A stretch of DNA of 64,000 bases from an uncultured Micavibrio sp. (GTDB lineage Bacteria > Pseudomonadota > Alphaproteobacteria > Micavibrionales > Micavibrionaceae): assembly GCA_964478225.1 (NCBI GenBank), contig CAYZHM010000003.1, positions 64,632 through 128,631 of the forward strand. Direction: 5' to 3'. The notes under the pieces are model-generated. The model searched no databases. It was not told the origin of the DNA and saw only the letters and a program-made list of their open reading frames with translations. The translations under genes and the position numbers were made by a program. This document shows positions 17,262 through 28,754 of this stretch, one piece after another (positions within the stretch are counted from its first letter, which is position 1; every line of letters begins with the position of its first letter).

Positions 17262-18869
17262 ATGACAAAAGTTAATGAAGACCTAACACAATTTTCAAAA
17301 GCCTGGCCGTTCGTCGAAGCGCAGACCGTTCTTAATCGTCTGCGCGCCGCAAACAAAGGTGAACTGCGGACTCCAGAGAAGGGATACGTCCTCTTCGAGA
17401 CAGGCTATGGCCCCTCAGGACTGCCCCATATTGGTACCTTCGGTGAGGTATGTCGGACCACAATGGTCATGCACGCCTTCCGCAAAATGTGTGACATTTC
17501 TGCAAAACTCGTCTGTTTTTCAGATGATATGGATGGTCTTCGGAAGGTTCCAAGCAACGTTCCGAACAAAGAAATGCTCGAATCGAATCTCAACAAACCA
17601 CTCACCCAAGTCCCCGATCCGTTCGGCACGCACGAAAGCTTCGGCGCTCATAATAATGCGCGCCTGCGATCTTTCTTGGACAAATTTGGCTTCAATTACG
17701 AATTTATGAGCGCCACAGAATGCTATAAAGCGGGAAAATTTGATGCCGCGCTTTTAGAAATGCTGAAGCATCATGATGAAATTAGAGCAGCAGTGATTCC
17801 AATCCTCGGCGAAGAACGCTCGGCAACCTACAGCCCCTTCCTGCCGATCTCTCCATCAACAGGTCGCGTTCTTCAAGTTCCGATTCTCGAAACCAATCCC
17901 GACGCGGGCACGATTGTGTACCAAGACGAAGATGGAAAAACCGTTGAACAAGAAATCACTGGCGGCAAGGTCAAAGCACAATGGCGAGCCGACTGGGCCC
18001 TGCGTTGGTACGCTCTCGATGTGGACTACGAAATGGCCGGAGCAGATCTTCGGACTTCAGCAGAAGTATCCAGCAAGATTCTAAAAATCCTCGGCCATCG
18101 TCGCCCAGCCGGATTCCATTACGAATTATTCCTTGATGAAGAAGGCAAGAAGATTTCAAAATCCAAAGGTAACGGTTTAACCATGGAAGAATGGCTGACC
18201 TATGCGCCCGAAGAAAGTCTTGCTTATTATATGTTCTTGCGTCCGTCTTCTGGGAAGAAACTATACTTTGATGTCATCCCGAAAGCCGTTGATGAATACA
18301 TCACATATATAAGTAAGTATCCTCAGCAAAACGAGAAAGAACAAATGGACAATCCAGCGTGGTATATTCACGAAGGAAGAATTCCAAACAGCCAACATTC
18401 TCCGGTTTCATTTACAATGCTGCTCAATCTTGCAAGCGCATCGAACGCTTCAAGCTCTGAGACGATGTGGGGCTTCATTAAGAAGCATATCCCGGGAGCC
18501 ACCCCCGAAAATGCACCGTTCCTCGATCGCCTTGTCGGCTACGCGGTGAAATATTACGAAGATTTCGTTCTTCCAAACAAATCGTACCGCATGCCAAATG
18601 AACGTGAACGTGCGGCAATGGAAGATCTCATCAAAAAGATTCGTAATCTTAAGGACGGCGATGACATCGACACGTTGGTTTTCGATGCCGCAAAAGAAAA
18701 CGGATACACCAAGGAAGAATTGCGTGACTGGTTCCAGGCTTTATATCAGGTGTTGCTCGGTCAGGACCAAGGCCCACGTTTCGGATCTTTCGTGGAAATT
18801 TTCGGCGTAGAAGAATCAATAAAAATGATCGAAGACGCCCTCGCCGGAAAATTCGCTAAGGCAGCTTAA
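17262..18869 (+). CDS. lysK: Lysyl-tRNA synthetase, class I
   Basis: 535 aa. HIGH-type motif PHIGTFGE and KMSKS-type motif KISKSKGNG. Length and layout match class I LysRS. Confidence 0.93.
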   Translation: MTKVNEDLTQFSKAWPFVEAQTVLNRLRAANKGELRTPEKGYVLFETGYGPSGLPHIGTFGEVCRTTMVMHAFRKMCDISAKLVCFSDDMDGLRKVPSNVPNKEMLESNLNKPLTQVPDPFGTHESFGAHNNARLRSFLDKFGFNYEFMSATECYKAGKFDAALLEMLKHHDEIRAAVIPILGEERSATYSPFLPISPSTGRVLQVPILETNPDAGTIVYQDEDGKTVEQEITGGKVKAQWRADWALRWYALDVDYEMAGADLRTSAEVSSKILKILGHRRPAGFHYELFLDEEGKKISKSKGNGLTMEEWLTYAPEESLAYYMFLRPSSGKKLYFDVIPKAVDEYITYISKYPQQNEKEQMDNPAWYIHEGRIPNSQHSPVSFTMLLNLASASNASSSETMWGFIKKHIPGATPENAPFLDRLVGYAVKYYEDFVLPNKSYRMPNERERAAMEDLIKKIRNLKDGDDIDTLVFDAAKENGYTKEELRDWFQALYQVLLGQDQGPRFGSFVEIFGVEESIKMIEDALAGKFAKAA

Positions 18870-19327
18870 CCCAATCGTTGTTCTTGATTGAGCACACGCG
18901 CCCCCACTTCCAGGTCAGGCGTCAAAATGATCTCAGGCAGAGTTACACCCTCCGGCCATTCGCAATGCTCAAATATGCCGCGGGTCGTCGCAGGCCAACC
19001 TTTAGCCTTGGCAAACACAACCCCATCAGGAGTTATACCGGCCCTGTTCACCAGAGTTTTACAAGACGAGGAAAAGGCTCTCCCTACGAGAGCCATGTCC
19101 GTCATTTTTTTATCAATTCCTATAGGACGATCAGATCGGCATGTAAAAGCCACAGCACGACCATGAATACAAACAGCAAGAAGTGGGCTGGGATGAACAT
19201 CGCGCAAAGACATATGAAAGTTGCGATTAGGATTATCTGCGAAATCGAGCAAGGCTTTTTGCAAAGCCTCATTTCTTTCAGCCAAATCCTCAGCAGAAAA
19301 GTAATAATAGACAAGTTTATCTTTCAT
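18866..19327 (-). CDS. Hypothetical protein
   Basis: 153-aa ORF. Convergent 4-nt overlap with lysK. The opposite-strand ORF 18878..19465 looks like junk. Confidence 0.45.
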   Translation of the reverse strand: MKDKLVYYYFSAEDLAERNEALQKALLDFADNPNRNFHMSLRDVHPSPLLAVCIHGRAVAFTCRSDRPIGIDKKMTDMALVGRAFSSSCKTLVNRAGITPDGVVFAKAKGWPATTRGIFEHCEWPEGVTLPEIILTPDLEVGARVLNQEQRLG

Positions 19328-19369
19328 AAGAAAAACGTAAAAGACGCAATTCTTTATGTCAACAAAAAG

Positions 19370-19843
19370 CTAATCGCCTTCAATCATTGGAATAACAGCA
19401 TCCATATTGGCAAGTTGAACAAAGCGTGCAGGCCGCTGTGCAATAACCCGAACCTTGCCATCTGAAAAGAGCATATGGCTGGCTGTCGCGGACAAAGCCC
19501 CTTCCCCGCCTATTTCATTCGGCGTTAGCTCCCGCACAAGCACAATACGCCCCGTACTGCTCAGCAACAGAGGGGTTTTGCTCTGATTCTCGTAACCACC
19601 CAGAATATCAAGCTCCACCTTGTTCATGCCCAGGCGTAAGGCTTGCATCATCACATCCCGCACCTGATCTTTATGCCCCACAGCAAGGGGAACAAAAGGT
19701 GCCGTCGCCACATTCATATGAAGCAAACAGGTCGCCGTTCCGTCTTCCAGTTCGATCTTGAGTTCAATATCGTCAACATACTCAGGGTTCACAGCAAAAT
19801 ATGACCCTCGATCCCGCGCATGTTCTAAAAGACAAAATCCCAT
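19370..19843 (-). CDS. Hypothetical protein
   Basis: 157-aa ORF with balanced composition, divergent from the helicase gene across 58 nt. Confidence 0.5.
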   Translation of the reverse strand: MGFCLLEHARDRGSYFAVNPEYVDDIELKIELEDGTATCLLHMNVATAPFVPLAVGHKDQVRDVMMQALRLGMNKVELDILGGYENQSKTPLLLSSTGRIVLVRELTPNEIGGEGALSATASHMLFSDGKVRVIAQRPARFVQLANMDAVIPMIEGD

Positions 19844-19901
19844 ATAAAGGAGTATAAATGACGAATAGGCGGCGGCAACAAAAAATGCTAAGCGTTATTC
19901 T

Positions 19902-22676
19902 ATGAGTACGGCTGCTTCAAAAAAAACTGTCCCAATTGCCCTCCCAGACATTCCGGCATTATGCGTCGGCGCTCATGGGGCGCATATCCTGACTGAGGAT
20001 GGCGAACTTCAAACCATTTCACACAACCAAGCCAAACTTCGCCTTCATAAAAAGCCAGCGATTGTATGTCACGCCCCATACACACGCGCCCGTTTAGGTT
20101 TGGAAGAATTTTATGCTTTCGATGTGCTCGAATTATTTGCCTTTGTCCACCCGGCAAAATTCTGCGTCCCCACCCCTCACGGCCTATGCAAGGCACTCGG
20201 ATTACATCCCCCGGAAACATACGAAGATTCTCCGCTCGCGCTTATCGATATTTCAAAAACCCTTTTGTCTGATCTTAAGGACGACATATATAGCGCCAAA
20301 GCTCCTCCTCTGGCGATTGCCGAAATCATGGGATTAAACGGCAAAGGATGGAACTGGACTCCTTTTGTTACTGAGGCGCTTGGGGAAACCTATGACGCAG
20401 ACATCTCATTGAATGCGCGCAAAGCACTCAATGTCTGGAAGAACTTGCCGGAATGGGCTGAGGAAGCACCAGTCCCGCCGCCATCACATCACGGCGTCAG
20501 CAAGAATGAAGCAAAAGAACGACTGGAAAAACTTTTAAGAACATCTGACAGGAATGTAGAAAGCCGCGAACAGCAAAGTCACTACACCGAAGAACTGACC
20601 CACGCTTTTTCGCCATTACAAGAGAATGAGGTCCCCCATATTGTTCTTGCCGAAGCGGGAACTGGAACTGGAAAGACCTTGGGTTACCTCGCACCGGCCA
20701 GTGTTTGGGCTGAAAAAAATCAGGGTTCTGTCTGGATTTCAACCTATACAAAAAATCTGCAAGCGCAAATTGATCAGGAACTCGACAAACTTTACCCGGA
20801 CCAACTTTTGAAAGACACACACGTCGCCATAAGAAAAGGCCGTGAAAACTATCTCTGCCTGCTCAATTTTGAAGACATTGCAATCGGAGCAGGTCTTGCA
20901 CGCACACCGCAACAAGCCATCGCCGCAGGCATCATGGCACGCTGGGTCGCCGCCACCAAAGACGGCGATCTGACGGGGGCAGATTTTCCCGGATGGCTGA
21001 CTGGCATTCTGGGATATCAGGACACCGCCGGCCTTGCCGATCGCCGAGGCGAATGTATTTACTCCGCCTGCGATCATTATGGGCGATGCTTCGTCGAGCG
21101 TTCTGTGCGCAAAGCCGCCCACGCCAGGATCGTCGTCGCCAATCACGCTCTCGTTATGATTAACGCTGCATTGTCTTCACCGGGTGAGGAGATGCCAAGC
21201 CGTTACATTTTTGACGAAGGTCACCACCTATTTCACGCCGCCGACAGCGCTTACGCCGCACACTTAAGCGCAACAGAAACGCGCGATCTTCGCCGCTGGA
21301 TTTTAGGCGCAGAAGGCGGACAAAAATCACGGGCACGCGGTTTAAAACGCCGCGCCGAAGATTTGGTCACCGGCGATCAGGAAGCAGAACAGTTGCTTCA
21401 GGACATTTTGCATTATGCCTCACCTCTAACATCTCACGGCTGGACCAGACGTTTTAAAGATGAAAAGCCACAAGGCGAGACTGAAGAATTTTTGTATATG
21501 GTCTATAAACAAGTCTATGCCCGCAGCGAAGACAAATACACGCCTTATTCTCTAGAAACAGAAGCCCATCCGGCAAGCGAAGACCTTCTATACAAGGCAC
21601 TCATGTTAAAAAATAAACTGAATGCTCTGCAAAAGCCCATGCAAAAGCTCGCGGCGATATTCAGAAAAAGACTCGCCGAAGATACAGGGCTCATGGACAC
21701 CGACATTCGCAAACGTATGGACTCTGTTGCTGCAGCCCTCGAACGAAGAGCCGTTATGACGCTTCAAGCATGGATGCTCATGTTGGATTCTTTATCAAAA
21801 GGCGGAGCACCTCAGCAAGAATTCGTCGACTGGATGAGCGTTGAACGTATTGATGGCCGCGCAATTGATGTGGGCTATTATCGTCACCACGTTGATCCGA
21901 TGAAACCATTTGCTTCTTCGATGCGTCCTCATGTCCATGGCATGGCCGTGACGTCCGCCACGCTTTTAGACAACGCCAGTGAAAGCCATCAAGACTGGGA
22001 AAGCGTCGCCACACGCACCGGATCAAAATACCTCAACACAAACTCTCACAATATTTTGCTACCGTCCCCTTTTGACTACGCCGCTCAGACGCGAATTTTT
22101 GTCGCCGATGATGTCAACAAAAGCGACATAGGCCAAGTGGCCGGGGCTTACAAAGCGCTCTTTGAGGCCAGCGGCGGCGGCGCGCTCGGTCTTTTCACCG
22201 CCATCCAGAGATTAAAAGCCGTGTATGATCGCATCGCGCCCAAACTCGACGAAAGCGGCATTCCCCTTTACGCCCAGCATATTGGTGATATCGATACAGG
22301 AACCCTTGTCGATATGTTCCGCGACGATATTCATGCCTGCCTGCTGGGGACGGATGCTGTACGTGACGGGGTCGATGTCCCCGGAGAATCGCTCCGCCTG
22401 ATCGTCTTTGACCGTGTGCCCTGGCCACGCCCCGATATTCTCCACAAAGCCCGCCGCGAAGCATTTGGAGGCCGCAATTACGACGAAATGATCACCCGCC
22501 TCAAGCTCAAACAAGCCTTCGGCCGCCTCATTCGAAGCAAAAGCGACAAAGGCATATTTGTCATGCTTGACGCTGCCCTGCCCTCACGGCTGCAAAATGC
22601 TTTTCCACCCGGTGCGGATGTGGTTAAATGCGGTCTGGCGCAAATAATCGCAGAAACAAAAAAGTTTTTGACATAA
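19902..22676 (+). CDS. dinG: DinG/Rad3-family ATP-dependent DNA helicase
   Basis: 924 aa. Walker A AEAGTGTGKTLGYL, DEGHHL box, Cys cluster (CLLNF...YSACDHYGRC) consistent with an Fe-S domain, C-terminal helicase_C_2-like region. Confidence 0.85.
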   Translation: MSTAASKKTVPIALPDIPALCVGAHGAHILTEDGELQTISHNQAKLRLHKKPAIVCHAPYTRARLGLEEFYAFDVLELFAFVHPAKFCVPTPHGLCKALGLHPPETYEDSPLALIDISKTLLSDLKDDIYSAKAPPLAIAEIMGLNGKGWNWTPFVTEALGETYDADISLNARKALNVWKNLPEWAEEAPVPPPSHHGVSKNEAKERLEKLLRTSDRNVESREQQSHYTEELTHAFSPLQENEVPHIVLAEAGTGTGKTLGYLAPASVWAEKNQGSVWISTYTKNLQAQIDQELDKLYPDQLLKDTHVAIRKGRENYLCLLNFEDIAIGAGLARTPQQAIAAGIMARWVAATKDGDLTGADFPGWLTGILGYQDTAGLADRRGECIYSACDHYGRCFVERSVRKAAHARIVVANHALVMINAALSSPGEEMPSRYIFDEGHHLFHAADSAYAAHLSATETRDLRRWILGAEGGQKSRARGLKRRAEDLVTGDQEAEQLLQDILHYASPLTSHGWTRRFKDEKPQGETEEFLYMVYKQVYARSEDKYTPYSLETEAHPASEDLLYKALMLKNKLNALQKPMQKLAAIFRKRLAEDTGLMDTDIRKRMDSVAAALERRAVMTLQAWMLMLDSLSKGGAPQQEFVDWMSVERIDGRAIDVGYYRHHVDPMKPFASSMRPHVHGMAVTSATLLDNASESHQDWESVATRTGSKYLNTNSHNILLPSPFDYAAQTRIFVADDVNKSDIGQVAGAYKALFEASGGGALGLFTAIQRLKAVYDRIAPKLDESGIPLYAQHIGDIDTGTLVDMFRDDIHACLLGTDAVRDGVDVPGESLRLIVFDRVPWPRPDILHKARREAFGGRNYDEMITRLKLKQAFGRLIRSKSDKGIFVMLDAALPSRLQNAFPPGADVVKCGLAQIIAETKKFLT

Positions 22677-22701
22677 TTAGTATTTTGTCTTATAAGACGG
22701 T

Positions 22702-23235
22702 ATGCAAAACGAAAGCGGTATAGATATTGACGTTCTTTTGGGCTCCCTAGCGGGGGCTGAGCACGTATTTCACGAACAAGCTGCTATAGACACAGATAGC
22801 AATGCCTGCGATGAAACAAAATATGGAATGACGCCGGTTTACAACTCCGCAGCGCGCCCTACTGTAGCACCGAATTGCCTTGTAAAAACAATCATTATGA
22901 ATGTTAACGAACTTGATGAAACTTCCGACAAATATAGGGTGCTGCACGTTCTGTCGAACTATGTTCAAGAACGCCTACACATTAATTCTCTTAAAGCTGA
23001 CTGGAATGACAAACTCTGTAAAAAGCTAAATCGTATGGGATACATGGGAAGCGATGATACACCTCCCTTTTCTACCAACCTTGACGAAGCCTGTAATTTA
23101 CAGATTTCTTACTTAATCCACCATATAAGTGCAGGCATATATCCGCCCAAGGGAATTTTTAGAGTAATCAAGCACACTTTAGATCACGCTCCGCAAAAAA
23201 CTCAGTTCCAAACCTCCCCTTCCCCTGCCCAATAA
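22702..23235 (+). CDS. Hypothetical protein
   Basis: 177-aa ORF, no recognisable motif, AT-richer than its neighbours. Confidence 0.45.
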   Translation: MQNESGIDIDVLLGSLAGAEHVFHEQAAIDTDSNACDETKYGMTPVYNSAARPTVAPNCLVKTIIMNVNELDETSDKYRVLHVLSNYVQERLHINSLKADWNDKLCKKLNRMGYMGSDDTPPFSTNLDEACNLQISYLIHHISAGIYPPKGIFRVIKHTLDHAPQKTQFQTSPSPAQ

Positions 23236-23274
23236 AAATTTGCCTGTAGCCCCCGTACAGTCTATAAATCCCCT

Positions 23275-24549
23275 ATGAAAGCCTATGATTTCGCACTTGA
23301 GCAAACCGATCCGGTCGCGGTATTCGATACTGTGCATGATCGTCCGTATGCCCTGTTTCTCGATAGTGCGGATAAGACCCATCCCGACGCCCAAAAATCA
23401 TTCATCTTTTTTGACCCAATCAAAACCCACACAAGTAACTTGGATGATTTAGAACAAGGCGAATATTACGCCGCCGGCTATTTCGGTTATGATCTTGCCC
23501 GCACCTTAGAAAACCTCCCGCAAAACACAATAAAAGGATCTGCCTCGTTAATGGCAGTCGGTCTTTATGATTTTTCTCTCTGCTTCAATCACAAAACAAG
23601 CAAAGCCACTTTAACAATTTACGCCGATACCCTCGCAAATGCAGAGCGGCGCGAAGAAGAAATTTTAAAACAAATCAACCCGCAAAATTCAAAGCACCAT
23701 GCACAGCCAGCGCTGACACAGCCAAATTGGCACAGCGACAAAACGTCTGAAGCATACGAGAGTGATGTCCAGACCATTATCAATTACATCCTGCAGGGCG
23801 ATGTTTTTCAGGCGAACTTGTCACAACGCTTTAGCACAATCTTGCCTGAAGATTTCTGCGCATGGCACCATTACAAACAGCTGCGCACCGTAAGTCCGGC
23901 CCCCTTCGCCGCCTTTATGAATTGTGGCGACACCAAAATTGCCTCCGCCTCGCCTGAGCGTTTTTTAACGATTCAAAATAACAAGGTCATCACTCGCCCG
24001 ATCAAAGGCACTCTGCCACGCTCCATGCCGGGTAAAATTCTGGAAGAAAGTAAAAAAGACCGCGCAGAAAATATTATGATTGTTGACCTTCTGCGCAATG
24101 ATCTTTCCAAAGTTTGTGAACCGCAAAGCATCGAAGTGACGGAACTCTGCAAACTTGAAACGTTTACCAACGTCCATCACCTTGTCTCCACAATCACAGG
24201 CCTTTTAAAAGAGAAAAAATCGGCAATAGACTTGCTGAAAGCCTGCTTTCCCGGAGGCTCCATTACCGGCGCCCCTAAAATACGCGCCATGGAAATTATT
24301 GAAGAGCTGGAAACTCATGCGCGCGGCCCCTATTGCGGCGCTTTGGGCTATATCACACCGGATGGAAATATGGACACCAACATTATGATCCGCACACTCG
24401 TTTATGAAGGCGGCACAGCGTATTTCAATGTTGGCGGCGGCATCACAGCTTCAAGCGATCCAGCAGCCGAATATCAGGAAACGCTTGATAAAGCGCAGGG
24501 AATTTTTGAAAGCTTTGAACACAAAGAAAAGATACAGGCGGCAGAATGA
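23275..24549 (+). CDS. pabB: Aminodeoxychorismate synthase component I
   Basis: Chorismate-binding motifs SPERFL, GGSITGAPKIRAMEIIEELE, RGPYCGALGY. Operon context with pabA and pabC. Confidence 0.85.
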   Translation: MKAYDFALEQTDPVAVFDTVHDRPYALFLDSADKTHPDAQKSFIFFDPIKTHTSNLDDLEQGEYYAAGYFGYDLARTLENLPQNTIKGSASLMAVGLYDFSLCFNHKTSKATLTIYADTLANAERREEEILKQINPQNSKHHAQPALTQPNWHSDKTSEAYESDVQTIINYILQGDVFQANLSQRFSTILPEDFCAWHHYKQLRTVSPAPFAAFMNCGDTKIASASPERFLTIQNNKVITRPIKGTLPRSMPGKILEESKKDRAENIMIVDLLRNDLSKVCEPQSIEVTELCKLETFTNVHHLVSTITGLLKEKKSAIDLLKACFPGGSITGAPKIRAMEIIEELETHARGPYCGALGYITPDGNMDTNIMIRTLVYEGGTAYFNVGGGITASSDPAAEYQETLDKAQGIFESFEHKEKIQAAE

Positions 24550-25142
24550 AAATCCTGATCATCGACAATTACGACTCCTTCGTTCACAACCTCGCCCGTT
24601 ATTTCGAGATGGCTGGAACAACACCCATCATCCGGCGCAATAACGAAATTACCCTTGATGATATTCGCAATTTAAATCCGGACGCCATTGTTCTCTCGCC
24701 CGGCCCCTGCACGCCTGATCAGGCAGGGATTTGTATTGATACCGTCAAAACATTTGGAACAACAACGCCCATTTTTGGAGTATGTCTGGGGCATCAAGCG
24801 ATTGCCCAAAGCTACGGCGCCAAAACTGTGCGCTCTCGTTATCCGCTACATGGTCACGCCTCAGAAATAACGCACAACCAGAACGCCCTCTTTCAAAACC
24901 TGCCAAGCCCTTTGAAAGTTGGACGATATCATTCGCTGACCAACCGGATTAACGCCTGCAAGGACTTAACGGTAACAGCCTTAACGAACGATAACATTGT
25001 CATGAGCATTCAGCATAAAACTCATCCTGTCTACGGGGTACAGTTTCACCCGGAATCAATCCTGACTGAGCATGGTCTGGACATCATCAAAAACTTTATT
25101 GCAATCACCAAAGATTTTCATCAGCAGCGCGAGGCGGCATGA
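24546..25142 (+). CDS. pabA: Aminodeoxychorismate/anthranilate synthase component II (glutamine amidotransferase)
   Basis: ILIIDNYDSFVHNL, GVCLGHQAI (catalytic Cys), QFHPES. ATGA overlap with pabB. Confidence 0.85.
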   Translation: MKILIIDNYDSFVHNLARYFEMAGTTPIIRRNNEITLDDIRNLNPDAIVLSPGPCTPDQAGICIDTVKTFGTTTPIFGVCLGHQAIAQSYGAKTVRSRYPLHGHASEITHNQNALFQNLPSPLKVGRYHSLTNRINACKDLTVTALTNDNIVMSIQHKTHPVYGVQFHPESILTEHGLDIIKNFIAITKDFHQQREAA

Positions 25143-25945
25143 GCGATCTTATCTGGCACAACGGCGCCTTCAGGCCAGATGAACCGGTTTTCTTTGCCAA
25201 TGATCGCCTGCGCATCGGTGAGGGAGTCTTCAATACCATTCTATGCCTAGATGGAACGCTAATACATGGCCATCTGCACATGAAAAAACTTCTGCGCAAT
25301 TCAAAAATTTTCACAGGCGAATGGGAACACCCCTCATCAAACGACCTTGAATCCATTGCCCGAAGCCTTCTTGCAAAGAATGGCTTCACAAAAGGCCGTT
25401 ATGCGATAAACACAATTATCACCCTTGGCGCCGGCAAAGGCGGAATACAAACACCAGACAGACCGGATATTCAAATCATCATGCGCGCCTTTCCCGCGCC
25501 GGAAATTCCATCGCAGATTCATGCCATAATTGCTCAAACAACACGGCGCAATGAACACTCCCCACTATCGCAGATAAAAGGCCCCTTTTATGGCGATAAT
25601 ATTCTCGCGCTACGCGAGGCCGCAGAAAAAGGAGCCAACGAGGCCATCATGCTCAACACATCAGAAAAAATTGCATGCGCCACCACCTCCAACATTGTTG
25701 CGATCCTGAATGGCAAACTGACAACCCCGCCGTTAAATGACGGATGCCAGGACGGCATAACGCGGTCATTGCTCATGCAAAAATTCGAGGTCATTGAGCA
25801 AAGCATGACCCCGGATGATTTATATTCCTCTGATGGGATATACCTCTTAAACTCATTGCGGGGGGCGGTTCCTGTCCTTACTCTGGATGGGAAAACTCTT
25901 TCCAAGCCCTCAATCACGATTGATAAAGATTTCCATCTGGAATAG
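25139..25945 (+). CDS. pabC: Aminodeoxychorismate lyase (class IV aminotransferase fold)
   Basis: 268 aa, ATGA overlap with pabA. Class IV aminotransferase-like layout (GEGVFNT..., ...LLNSLRGAVPV). Confidence 0.75.
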   Translation: MSDLIWHNGAFRPDEPVFFANDRLRIGEGVFNTILCLDGTLIHGHLHMKKLLRNSKIFTGEWEHPSSNDLESIARSLLAKNGFTKGRYAINTIITLGAGKGGIQTPDRPDIQIIMRAFPAPEIPSQIHAIIAQTTRRNEHSPLSQIKGPFYGDNILALREAAEKGANEAIMLNTSEKIACATTSNIVAILNGKLTTPPLNDGCQDGITRSLLMQKFEVIEQSMTPDDLYSSDGIYLLNSLRGAVPVLTLDGKTLSKPSITIDKDFHLE

Positions 25946-25954
25946 TAAAAAGAC

Positions 25955-26860
25955 ATGAATAATATCAAAACCTTAACTGTATATTTGGGCTCATCGGGCT
26001 TTGCTCCTGAAGTTTACAAGCAAAGCGCTGTCGCCCTTGGCAAAATGATCGCCAAAAAAGATTACTATTTGGTCTACGGCGGAATGGACGCCGGACTTAT
26101 GGGACTGCTGGCCACGGCAGTTCTTCAAAATGGCGGCGATGTCACAGGAATTGTCCCTCAAAAATTGAAGGACAGCGAGCGCATATTGGCAGGCTTAAGT
26201 GAAACCATTTTGGTAGAAAATCTTTGGGATCGCAAAAAGCGCATGTTCAAAATGGCCGATGCTATTCTTGCGCTCCCTGGCGGGTTCGGCACATTAGACG
26301 AAGCTTTGGAAATTCTTTATTGGGGTGCCCTCAAGCTGCACAACAAACCCTTAGTCCTCATCAACATTAACAAGTACTGGGACGATTTAATCACATACCT
26401 CCACACACTTGACGATTTCGATGAAAGATATTTGATTGTTGTTGAAAGCCTTGAAGATATTTGGCCGCGCCTGTCCGCATGGAGCCCTGTCGCAATTACG
26501 CCAAACACTCCGCACCATTACCCACATTTCGAAGATGAAATCACCCGCGACACCAACCAAAATATCGTGATCGACAAGGCCACAATCGAGAACAGCTATT
26601 ACGCGGTTTGTGCTTTGGGCCTAAAGCAGCTTGGAAAACATGACCGCCCAATCGGCTTCATCAACGCAGAAGGCCGCTTTGACGGTCTTTTGAAATGGTT
26701 TGACCGCGCCGCACAAGACACTTTTATCACACAAAAATGCCTGAAGCTTTTTGACAGCGCAGAAACCCGCGAAGAATTGCGCAAAAAACTATCTGCCCAG
26801 CATCACGTGGACATCAATCTTCATGCAGAAAAATGGGGAGAGATCGAAACGCCGTCCTAG
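25955..26860 (+). CDS. LOG-family (TIGR00730-like) nucleotide phosphoribohydrolase with C-terminal extension
   Basis: YGGMDAGLMGLLA and PGGFGTLDEALE motifs. The roughly 120-aa C-terminal extension repeats the last LOG module. Confidence 0.8.
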   Translation: MNNIKTLTVYLGSSGFAPEVYKQSAVALGKMIAKKDYYLVYGGMDAGLMGLLATAVLQNGGDVTGIVPQKLKDSERILAGLSETILVENLWDRKKRMFKMADAILALPGGFGTLDEALEILYWGALKLHNKPLVLININKYWDDLITYLHTLDDFDERYLIVVESLEDIWPRLSAWSPVAITPNTPHHYPHFEDEITRDTNQNIVIDKATIENSYYAVCALGLKQLGKHDRPIGFINAEGRFDGLLKWFDRAAQDTFITQKCLKLFDSAETREELRKKLSAQHHVDINLHAEKWGEIETPS

Positions 26861-27272
26861 GAAGCCGCAATCGCCTGCAGCTTGGCTTCTTCGATTTTGA
26901 TTTTCGCAGAAATACGCTTCTTATCGATATCTTCTTGAGCCATTCCCAGATCTTCACCAAGATCCTTAAGGCTTTGCACTATAGTAGCCTTATCAAGCTC
27001 AGAGACATTCACAGCATTCTCAGCCAAAACTGTGCAACTATCCGCCGTAATATCAGCAAAGCCACCCCCGATAAAAATTCGGCGTGTATCTTTATCATCC
27101 TGTTTGGCGAACAGCTCCACCACGCCAGGCGCCAAAGACACAACAAAGGATGAATGCCCAGCACCCACACCCATTTCGCCTTCCTTGCTTGGAATAACGG
27201 CATGATAGATCGGCTCGGAAATAAGCTTTCTCTCCGGCGACACAAGTTCGAATTGGATGTTTTGATTGCTCA

Positions 27273-27273
<1 letters not shown>
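26857..27273 (-). CDS. atpC: F1 ATP synthase epsilon subunit
   Basis: 138 aa, FELVSPERKL...GEMGV..GH pattern, last gene of atpHAGDC. Confidence 0.93.
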
Positions 27274-28742
<1,469 letters not shown>

Positions 28743-28754
28743 TTAAATTTTAAG

